Origin: a virus
Lineage: Duplodnaviria; Caudoviricetes
DNA length: 59,977 bases
IMG/VR virus record: IMGVR_UViG_3300031949_000040
Span: 1 to 59,977 of that record
Strand: one strand, 5' to 3'
The position numbers and the translations under genes were made by a program. How positions within the stretch are numbered: the stretch's first letter is position 1; the number at the start of each line of letters is the position of its first letter. The notes under the pieces are model-generated. The model searched no databases. It worked only from the letters and a program-made list of their open reading frames with translations, and was not told the origin of the DNA. Of this stretch, positions 1 through 7,600 are shown piece by piece.

Positions 1-147
1 TCACCGAAATAGAAAAAACGTTGGCTTATTTCTGGACTTATGTAATGAACGATGGGGCGTGTGAATAGTGCCAGCATCTACCGTAACCGTCGCCCAAATA
101 TGCACCGCCATAGACGCCACGCTCGGCGCGGCTCTTGTCGCCTCCGG
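1..147. repeat. Terminal direct repeat, left copy (147 bp; circular assembly overlap)
   Basis: 1-147 equals 59831-59977 except C127 vs A59957. Confidence 0.95.
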
Positions 148-544
148 TGACCTGGTCGAGAGCCAAAACTATAACGAGCTAACCGAAGGAATGAACGATG
201 AAAAGGTGTTGCAGATTTACCCAGAGGAGCAAACGCCGGTCTCTGTTGGCTCCGGCGCCCAAAAACTAACCTTTGGCTCTACGCCGTTTATTGACGAAGA
301 GATTGTCATTCACGCCGATTACTACGGCCGCCAGCGGTCACACATTGGCGAGGATATGGCCCAACTTGTTAGCGGCATTGACGCGATCAGGGTCAATCTC
401 AAAACGCAGAATTGCCCTAATCCATTTGGGCTAACGGGCATTGCTAATTTTCAATGGTCATGGCGGCGCACGGTGTTTGAGTATGGCGGGCCGGAGCTTA
501 AGTATATTGGGGCAAGGTTTAGGTTGGTATTGAGGACGTTCTAA
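68..544 (+). CDS. Putative tail terminator/tail completion protein
   Basis: 158 aa, GTG start; follows the HK97-gp10-like gene across the origin and precedes the major tail gene; positional inference. Confidence 0.6.
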   Translation: MPASTVTVAQICTAIDATLGAALVASGDLVESQNYNELTEGMNDEKVLQIYPEEQTPVSVGSGAQKLTFGSTPFIDEEIVIHADYYGRQRSHIGEDMAQLVSGIDAIRVNLKTQNCPNPFGLTGIANFQWSWRRTVFEYGGPELKYIGARFRLVLRTF

Positions 545-1014
545 TGAATGAAGAAATAAAAACACTGGTAACTATTATCAATCATCGTGCTCAAGTTGCG
601 GCCCGGCTTCGAGAATTGGCGCAACAACTAGAGAAGCGGGCAAACCTACACGACTTATCAAAGTTCAAACTCGATGAGCTTGATGGGTACGTCAAGCTAA
701 ATGTTTCCCGTAGGTTTCCGGGTGAGTCTCCCATTCCGTATGATTCGCCAGAGTACAAAGCAATACTCGAAAGCAATAAAAGCCCTCTTGAGCTTCATTT
801 TGCCAGAAATAGGCATCATCCCGAATTTCACACCAATGGCGTTAGCGACATGGCGCTCATTGATTTTATTGAAATGGTAGTTGACTGGCTTGCTGCTACT
901 GAGGCTTACGGCACTCCATTTAGGCAAGGTCTGGAAAAGCAAACGGGTTTGTATAACCTGCAACCAGACCACCTATACCTAATTGACTTAATAGCACGGC
1001 ACTTTGGAGAGTAG
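544..1014 (+). CDS. DUF5662-like HD-type phage protein
   Basis: HDLSKF, HFARNRHHPE and EMVVDW motifs typical of this family. Confidence 0.6.
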   Translation: MNEEIKTLVTIINHRAQVAARLRELAQQLEKRANLHDLSKFKLDELDGYVKLNVSRRFPGESPIPYDSPEYKAILESNKSPLELHFARNRHHPEFHTNGVSDMALIDFIEMVVDWLAATEAYGTPFRQGLEKQTGLYNLQPDHLYLIDLIARHFGE

Positions 1015-1016
1015 CT

Positions 1017-1355
1017 ATGTATCGAATGGTCAGACACACCCCGCTCTCCAGCGGTCACAAATACGGCGACATTATCAGGGATGGCGAGCTATCACCCGCC
1101 ACAATTCAAAAGTTTCTGGCGAGTGGGACGTTGGTTCGCGTCTCTACGCCGCCGCTATCCGAACTGCCCCAATGGGAGAAACGGCCCGAGCTGGCTGCGC
1201 TGGCTCGGGCGAATGTCATTACTATAGAGGACTTAATTCGCGCCAACGAAACCGAACTGGCAAAGGCGATCAGAAAATCAGTACGCACCATCCGGCAATG
1301 GAAAGACGAGGTAATGGTATGGCTAAATCCTGAACCACCTAAAGAAAACGGCTGA
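1017..1355 (+). CDS. Hypothetical protein with C-terminal helix-hairpin-helix-like segment
   Basis: ANVITIEDLIRANETELAKAIRKS pattern; in the late operon. Confidence 0.45.
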   Translation: MYRMVRHTPLSSGHKYGDIIRDGELSPATIQKFLASGTLVRVSTPPLSELPQWEKRPELAALARANVITIEDLIRANETELAKAIRKSVRTIRQWKDEVMVWLNPEPPKENG

Positions 1356-1403
1356 GATTAAATTAACTAAGTTTCTTGTATAGAAATATGGAGGTTTTAA
1401 GAA

Positions 1404-1865
1404 ATGGCACAAACAACAGGAGCAGTTGCTCAAGCCTGCGGCAAGGTCTGGATCAGTACCGATGGGACGAGCTTTACCGATGTCAGCGGCGCAACCCAGA
1501 GCATTACACCGGGCGAGCAAACTAAAATCACCGGCGAAGCATATACCTTCGACGGTGAGACGCCTATTGTCAAGGGCGGCAAGCGCGAACCGATGGAGTC
1601 GGAAGTCGTCATTATTTATACCGAAACAGACGCCGAAGTGTATCAGGTTACACGAGCCATCTTTGAGGCAACGGGTTGCGGCGCGGCGTTTTACATTCGC
1701 TATAGCCCACGCGGGGGCAATGCCGATGATGAGCAGTTGACCAGCGGCGCGGGGACGCTGACATCGTTCACCTATCCACCAGCAGACGCCAGCGCCGGTG
1801 GGCCAATCCTGGGCGGCTTCACTGTGCGGCATCCTGGATTTACTACCACAATCATTGCGTCATAA
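1404..1865 (+). CDS. Major tail (tube) protein
   Basis: 153 aa, Thr/Gly-rich, GGAGG RBS; directly upstream of the frameshifted chaperone pair. Confidence 0.75.
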   Translation: MAQTTGAVAQACGKVWISTDGTSFTDVSGATQSITPGEQTKITGEAYTFDGETPIVKGGKREPMESEVVIIYTETDAEVYQVTRAIFEATGCGAAFYIRYSPRGGNADDEQLTSGAGTLTSFTYPPADASAGGPILGGFTVRHPGFTTTIIAS

Positions 1866-1873
1866 GGTGAGCT

Positions 1874-2167
1874 ATGAGCAAGAATGAATTACCTGGAAAG
1901 GGCAATGGGGCCACAGCCCCGACTGTAACCATTGAACTGGATATGGACAACTTCACCTGGGGCGATTTGGAGGATATTGAGAGCCAGTCACCGACGAAGG
2001 TCCGGCAAGCAATGCAAAAATTCGCAAGCATTGAAGGTGTAGCCAAAGAGGAAATGAGCGAATATCTGCGTCGGCTGTCCCTGCGCCAGATGAAGGAAAT
2101 CAGCGCCGAATTTATGAAGGCAATCCAAAGCCTGAGTAATCCAACGGGCGCGAACCAAAAAAACTAG
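1874..2167 (+). CDS. Tail assembly chaperone (G-like)
   Basis: Follows the major tail gene; ends CAA AAA AAC TAG with slippery A AAA AAC. Confidence 0.8.
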   Translation: MSKNELPGKGNGATAPTVTIELDMDNFTWGDLEDIESQSPTKVRQAMQKFASIEGVAKEEMSEYLRRLSLRQMKEISAEFMKAIQSLSNPTGANQKN

Positions 2168-2370
2168 AGATGCGCTTGGCCGAGTATTTAGGCGCAAAAA
2201 CAGGCCAAGCGCCTGGTGAGTACCTGAAATTTTATTTGCGAAGGTTGTACGGTTGCACTCCAAGCGAACTTGCAGAACAAAAAGGCGAGTTTTTCTTTGA
2301 GATGCTTTGCGATCTGAAGTGTGAATCCTGGGAGCGCCGCACCGCCCATTTCCGCCAATCGCTTCATTAA
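2158..2370 (+). CDS. Tail assembly chaperone T segment (-1 frameshift extension, GT-like)
   Basis: The -1 frame is open from the slippery site through the ATG at 2170 to the stop at 2370; contains YGCTPSEL. Confidence 0.75.
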   Translation, partial: KKLEMRLAEYLGAKTGQAPGEYLKFYLRRLYGCTPSELAEQKGEFFFEMLCDLKCESWERRTAHFRQSLH

Positions 2371-2373
2371 TTA

Positions 2374-2391
2374 CCGCCATTGCCCTGGCGT
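2374..2391. repeat. Left arm of an 18-bp perfect inverted repeat bounding the RAMP/array cassette
   Basis: CCGCCATTGCCCTGGCGT is the reverse complement of 4546-4563. Confidence 0.85.
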
Positions 2392-2392
2392 A

Positions 2393-2430
2393 GTTAAAAA
2401 GAGGGGCACTTGATAGTGCCCCTCTTTAAC
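2393..2430 (-). terminator. Intrinsic terminator ending array 1 (possibly bidirectional)
   Basis: Stem AAAGAGGGGCACT/AGTGCCCCTCTTT with a 4-nt loop; T-run on the minus strand. Confidence 0.8.
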
Positions 2431-2560
2431 CTTGCCTTGCCCTGCCAGACCTTACCTAACCCGACCAAACCTAACCTCACCGGACCGGACCGGACCTCAC
2501 CCCACCACACCCGACCGTACCCCACCAGACCTAACCTCACCGCACCCTTACCACAAGGTT
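2429..2560 (-). ncRNA. GGY-NN pentamer array 1 (putative VIPR-type guide RNA)
   Basis: On the minus strand: leader TAACCTTGTGGTAAGGGT, then 23 exact NN-GGY units (25 GGY in total), then the terminator; starts at the HNH stop codon. Confidence 0.85.
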
Positions 2561-2825
2561 ATTTCATAAATGCGTGTCTGTTTTTATGGCAATCGTGACA
2601 CAAGGTCTTTAAGTTGCTTGGGTGGTTCGTTCCACCTTCGCTTAGTTCAAGCACATGATGACAATGGGTTTTTTCATAGGCGAATTGAGTAAAGCAATAC
2701 TGACAAATGCCCAAGTCTCTTTGGTAGACCCACTGCTTAAGCGGTTTCCAAATGTCATCAGGGAGCCGGGAATACCATAAAGCCCTTAATCCTGGGAGTT
2801 CTGCAACAGAAAAATACTTGCTCAA
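2559..2825 (-). CDS. Small HNH endonuclease
   Basis: RD..CQYC, CHHVLELSEGGTNHPSNLKTLCHDCH. Confidence 0.9.
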   Translation of the reverse strand: MSKYFSVAELPGLRALWYSRLPDDIWKPLKQWVYQRDLGICQYCFTQFAYEKTHCHHVLELSEGGTNHPSNLKTLCHDCHKNRHAFMK

Positions 2826-3403
2826 ATCTTGCAGACCTCAAACTTAGTGACCATAAACCGGCCAAACTTGGGGCGAAAGTCTCCAATGCCAGAGGTACGA
2901 CCAGCCAGAATCAAGACCTCATTAACCACGTTGGCGGGTATCTGGTCATCCAAAACGGTAATCTCAAAGTCCAGTTTCCACCCTGGCTTAAAGCAAGGCC
3001 GAATCCGCACCACTCGCGCACGCTGAACAACGGCGGGCCTGACATCCAAGTAAAGCGGCTTATCAGCGTCAGCGTCAAGATCATCAGGGGCTTTGATACC
3101 GTGCAAGATTTCATCAGGGCTACAAAAGACATTACCCTTAAACAATTGGGCGTAGGTCTTACCTCTAGCGCCCTGGATTTTGTAGCCAGCCGATGCCTTG
3201 ACCATTGCCCCATCAAAATGGATGGCGGGTTGATAAACTTCGCCGTCGGGATTGATGTAAAGATGCTCTCTCCATTCCTGGCTGTAGTCCTTTTCACCTG
3301 TCCTTTTCTTGCCGCCTTTGCTCAAGTCGGCAAAATCAGGTAGTGGGTACTTGTGTTGCAACAGTGGGGCAACACCTGCGACCGAACAATTAACAGTGTA
3401 CAT
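2822..3403 (-). CDS. Stand-alone RAMP/Cas7-like RNA-binding protein (putative Vipr)
   Basis: N-terminal GVAPLLQH, VYQPAIHFDGAM, RIRPCF..W.LDF.I and a C-terminal Gly-rich loop AGRTSGIGDFRPKFGRF; adjacent to the GGY-NN arrays. Confidence 0.75.
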   Translation of the reverse strand: MYTVNCSVAGVAPLLQHKYPLPDFADLSKGGKKRTGEKDYSQEWREHLYINPDGEVYQPAIHFDGAMVKASAGYKIQGARGKTYAQLFKGNVFCSPDEILHGIKAPDDLDADADKPLYLDVRPAVVQRARVVRIRPCFKPGWKLDFEITVLDDQIPANVVNEVLILAGRTSGIGDFRPKFGRFMVTKFEVCKI

Positions 3404-3435
3404 AATTCTTTTCCTTTCTAATTTGAAATTGGGTT

Positions 3436-3465
3436 AAAGGGGAGCAAGGCGCTCCCCTTTTTTTA
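3436..3465. terminator. Hairpin between the accessory ORFs and the RAMP gene
   Basis: AAAGGGGAGC/GCTCCCCTTT stem; T-run on the plus strand. Confidence 0.6.
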
Positions 3466-3717
3466 TTCGCCGCTTTCTGACCGATCCCAAGCCTCACTAG
3501 CCGTGGCTTCAAAGTCGGACAGGTCGGCTTCGGGTTGGATCAGTTCTTGAAGTATCTCTTTAGTCGCCAACAGATGCGTCTTGGCCGCCACACGGTCAAC
3601 CCGACAAGCGCCAATGTAAAAGACTGAAAGCATTTGCCGGTTGTCGGCAATGTGGGTCAAAAAAGCCTCATACTCCAATTCGTCAAAGGCAAGACTAACA
3701 GTGTAGGTGGCGGCCAT
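3463..3717 (-). CDS. Hypothetical acidic protein (cassette accessory)
   Basis: 84 aa; start overlaps the upstream stop. Confidence 0.65.
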   Translation of the reverse strand: MAATYTVSLAFDELEYEAFLTHIADNRQMLSVFYIGACRVDRVAAKTHLLATKEILQELIQPEADLSDFEATASEAWDRSESGE

Positions 3718-4010
3718 TAAAGCACCTCCAGGACACCGACAAATTCACCACTGGCGTTAATGAGGATGCTTTGAGAGGCGTAGTTAAAGCCCTTGCGCGG
3801 CAAGCTAGCGGAGCGGCTTTTGCTAACTTTGATTTCTTGCCGCTTGGCAATCGGTTGGGCCATCGAGCGGAGCTTTGATTCTTGCTTGGGGGTTAGGCGC
3901 TCATAAGGGAATGAGCGCTCTTTGCCGCTGCGGGTGGTCACGAGGACGCGGCCAATCATCAATCGGACGTTGCTAATAAAACGGGTCTGTGGTAATCTAC
4001 ACTTAGCCAT
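3717..4010 (-). CDS. Hypothetical basic protein (cassette accessory)
   Basis: 97 aa; AAAGGTGAG RBS; first gene after the leftward promoter. Confidence 0.65.
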   Translation of the reverse strand: MAKCRLPQTRFISNVRLMIGRVLVTTRSGKERSFPYERLTPKQESKLRSMAQPIAKRQEIKVSKSRSASLPRKGFNYASQSILINASGEFVGVLEVL

Positions 4011-4090
4011 TGGAGAAACTCACCTTTCTTTGATGGTTAGAGCCGTTCGATTGTTTCCGCAATCGGGCGGCTCGTTTGATTTATGACTAC

Positions 4091-4119
4091 AGTATACCAT
4101 ACTTATATTTACCAGTCAA
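4091..4119 (-). promoter_or_regulatory. Sigma70-type promoter for the RAMP/HNH/array 1 operon
   Basis: TTGACT-17 bp-TATACT with an extended TG. Confidence 0.8.
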
Positions 4120-4162
4120 TACTACTAACCTTAAAATATTATAAATATGTCTTGGTATGTAC

Positions 4163-4192
4163 TTGACAAGACCGACGCACTTGGTTTATAAT
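4163..4192 (+). promoter_or_regulatory. Sigma70-type promoter for the RHH gene and array 2 (leaderless)
   Basis: TTGACA-18 bp-TATAAT; ATG 6 bp downstream at 4199. Confidence 0.8.
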
Positions 4193-4198
4193 GGGTAT

Positions 4199-4366
4199 AT
4201 GAAAACCGAAGTTAAAGACGTCCAAGAAAAATACACGTCCTATACTTTCAAAGCGCCTAGCGATTTGCTTGCCAGGGTTAAAGATAAAGCGGGCTTGATT
4301 CCAGTGAGTGCCATTATCCGGCGCTTGTTGGAAAAATGGCTTGCTGGCGAAGTAAACCTCGATTGA
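4199..4366 (+). CDS. Ribbon-helix-helix (Arc/CopG-like) regulator
   Basis: YTFKAPSDLLARVK...VSAIIRRLLEKWL. Confidence 0.75.
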   Translation: MKTEVKDVQEKYTSYTFKAPSDLLARVKDKAGLIPVSAIIRRLLEKWLAGEVNLD

Positions 4367-4467
4367 TAACCTTTGTGGTAAGGGTATGGTAAGGGTTTGG
4401 AGGGGCGTGGTTTGGCTAGGTCAGGTGTGGTTTGGAGGGGCGTGGTATGGTTCGGTATGGCAAGGAC
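4367..4467 (+). ncRNA. GGY-NN pentamer array 2 (putative VIPR-type guide RNA)
   Basis: Leader TAACCTTTGTGGTAAGGGT shared with array 1; 18 GG(T/C/A) units at 5-nt (twice 6-nt) spacing; starts at the RHH stop. Confidence 0.8.
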
Positions 4468-4504
4468 GTAAAGAGCTATCTTTCGGGGTAGCTCTTTACT
4501 TTTT
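4468..4504 (+). terminator. Intrinsic terminator ending array 2
   Basis: GTAAAGAGCTATC/GGTAGCTCTTTAC stem followed by TTTTT. Confidence 0.85.
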
Positions 4505-4545
4505 GAGCGTTCCTGATACAATTAACATAACTCAATAAGCACGAA

Positions 4546-4606
4546 ACGCCAGGGCAATGGCGGGTGAAAGTTATTTTATGACTTTCACCCCCCATTGCCC
4601 TTTTTT
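4546..4606 (+). promoter_or_regulatory. Right arm of the 18-bp inverted repeat, overlapping a terminator/attenuator-like hairpin upstream of the tape-measure gene
   Basis: AGGGCAATGGCGGGTGAAAGT pairs with ACTTTCACCCCCCATTGCCCT, followed by a T-run. Confidence 0.65.
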
Positions 4607-4655
4607 GTTCCGGGCGGGTGATGGTCACATCACCCGTTTTTTATTTGGGGCAGGT

Positions 4656-7600
4656 ATGAGCAACGTAATTGAAATTGTCATAAAGCAATCTTCCAGCGGC
4701 AACGCCATTCACGACGCCTCTAAAGCTCTTGGCGGCCTTTCCGGTGCAGCCGGCGGTGCTATCGGCAGCCTCGGTAAATTCGGCGGCGCTCTGGGCAATA
4801 TGGCGACGATTGCTGGCGGCATTGTGGCCGCCAACCTCTTCGGCAAAATCGCCGAGGGTATTTCGAGCTTTGTCACCACGGGCCTGAACGCCGTTGGCAG
4901 CAGCCAGCAGCTTGAAACATCGCTCAAGTCACTGCTCACTGCCAATAATATGTATGAGCAGTCTACCGAGACGGTGACGCAGGCTGTGACCAATCAAATA
5001 ATGTCACAGGATGAATATGGGCAAAAGCTCGACGAGCTTAACGCCAAGCTCGTGACCCAGCGAGCGACCTATCAGGAACAGCAGGAGCGCATCCGGCAGC
5101 TTACCGAGCAATACGGTGAAAATGGCCTGGTGGTCATCAAAAACAAGGCGCAACACGAACAACTGGCGATTGCCATTCGAGGGACAGAGCAGGACATAGC
5201 CAGCCTTGCTACAACCGAAACCAAGCTCAGTACCAGTACTGAAACGGCCTGGCATCAGGTAATGAGCCAAACCGAGGCAATGAAGATTGCCAAAAAGGAA
5301 ACGGCGAATTTGCTTGAGTTTGTTTCAAGACTTGCGGTTGTTTCCCCCTTCGAAACTGAAGATGTCGAGATGACCACCAAGTACGCAGTGGCTGCTGGCC
5401 TGGGTCTGGACCAGACTAAGCAGTTTGTACCAGCCTTTCTCGATTTGGCGGCTTCGGTGGGCATCACGTCCGACTCGCTGGGCTTCGCTGCCGACCAACT
5501 CTTTCAGGTTCGCAAAATCGGTAAGTTGACTGAAATAGACTTACGCCAGTTACGACGGCTGGGTATTGACCTGGGCAAGATCATCGGCGTTGAAATGGGA
5601 ATGAGCGTCTCGGAATTTAACGAAAAGGCCGGGGAAAGCCCTGAGATCTTTGATGAGCTTTTTGATGCCGTTACCCGCTTTTCGGCCAACACATTCGCCG
5701 GCACATCGAAGGAAATGGCACTGTCGGTCAAGGGGCTACAGTCTACCATCTCGGATGTGTTCGTTATCGGCTCACGCACGTTTTTGCGTCCACTCGTCGA
5801 TGCCTTTACGCCGGCCATTGCGGGCATAGTCGGCAAGCTGAGTGATTTCGTTTTGGGCGGTGAGATGAAGAGCCTGGGCGATGATATGGCTAAAACCCTG
5901 ATGGGTGGAATTGCCAAATTCCAAAAGAGCGGCGCGGGCGGCCTGTTTGCCTCGTTGGGTTTCGAGGGCGGGGCGCTGTTTTTCAAGAAACTGTCCAAGC
6001 TAATGACTATGATAACCGGCGACGCTGGCACATTGGCAGGCACTATCAAGGGGGTTTTGGGCGGGGCATTTGGATGGTTGCAATCAAATATGTTCCCTAT
6101 CCTGTCTAAGGGTATCCAATTTGTCATTGATGGCTTTCAGACTTTTCGAGGCGTATTGCTTGATGTGGGTACTGTTGTGGGGGATGTCGTTAAAAAAGTA
6201 ACGGGTGCTTTTGAGCGGTTTGGCTTTAGAGGTGCGGCGATTAGCATACTGGGCCAATTGGGATTAGAGCCAAGCCAAATTGCCACCGTACTACAGACTA
6301 TGGATCAGATGGTATCTAATGTTACTGGCGCCATTGACAAAATAACGGGTGCTTTTGATAGATTTGGGGTCAGAGGGGCAGCGGTTAGCATACTGGGGAT
6401 ACTAGGTTTAGAGCCAGAAACTATTGCCACGGTCCTGTCTATTACTGACCAAATAGTATCCTTTGTATCATCCTTTGTTTCTCAGGTTGGCGGCTTTCTT
6501 GGCTCTTTATCATTCGATGAAATTATTGGAGCATTTACGGGAATAGGAATTGCTGTGGGGGCAATTGTAGCTAGTGGCATACTCACTGCTTTAGTTGCTG
6601 GCTTAATGTCTCTACTCACACCAATTAACCTTATCATTGTCGGAGCAGCTTTACTAGGTGCAGCATGGGCCGGGAATTGGGGCGGCATTCAGGATAAATT
6701 CTTTGCGGCCTGGGCCGTTATTCAACCGGCCTTGCAAGAACTTTGGAACTGGCTAGGAATTAACATCCCTATAGCCATTCAGACCGCCAGCGACTTTTGG
6801 ACGAACACGCTCTGGCCCGCCTTGCAACAGGTAGGCGCTTTTATTGTTGGGACGGTCATCCCGGCGATGGTGGGTTTATGGCAATGGTTGTCAGTTAATG
6901 TCCCAATGGCTGTCCAGACCTTGAGTGATATTTGGACGAATACCCTACTCCCCGGCTTTCAACGGGTCTGGGAAGCCATACAAACCAACCTCTTGCCACT
7001 TTTTCAACAACTGTTTACCTGGCTTGCCAGCGAGGGGCCGGGAATAGCCCAAGTTCTAGGGGATGCCTGGACTAATATCATCTTACCCGCTCTTGCCGCC
7101 GTTGGTGATTTTCTGCTCAATACTCTTTTCCCGGCGTGGGTTGAGCTTCAAGTCTGGCTGGCTGAGAATATCCCGGTAGCCATTCAAATACTTTCGGACA
7201 TCTGGACGAACACCCTATTACCGGCGATTACAAATGCCGGAACCTTTATCACCGGCACACTCATACCAACCTTGACCAATCTATGGACGTGGCTGAGTAC
7301 AAACATCGTTTCGGCCATTCAAACCGTCTCGGATATATGGACTACGATTTTTATGCCAGCCATTACAGGTGTGTGGACTTTTATCAGCACACTCGTAATT
7401 CCGCTGTTTCAATCCTTAACGAACCTGATGGGCGCAGTGCTGGTTGTGGCCCTAACTGCCCTGGCAGGCCTGTGGCAAAATGTTTTATTACCGGCCATTG
7501 AGGTTGTCTCAAATTTTATCGGCGCAACTCTTACCGTTGCGCTTAACGCACTGATTGCCTTGGTTGCCCAAAGACTCGGACCGACGATCAGGGTTTTTGC

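Noticed and set aside
2429-2554. CRISPR array or simple microsatellite interpretation
   Set aside because: No 25-45 bp repeats with spacers; the constant 3 nt and highly variable 2 nt do not fit slippage-generated satellite DNA
2410-2598. 62-aa Pro/Thr-rich ORF over array 1
   Set aside because: Translation artefact of the 5-nt periodic repeat; no RBS; overlaps a terminator
4240-4521. 93-aa minus-strand ORF over array 2
   Set aside because: Same artefact; antisense to the RHH gene
4557-4655. N-terminal extension of the tape measure in the ORF track
   Set aside because: Runs through hairpins and T-runs; MSNVIEIVI at 4656 is a more typical start
6150-7560. Repeats within the tape measure gene
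   Set aside because: Ordinary Trp-periodic and duplicated helical segments of tape-measure proteins
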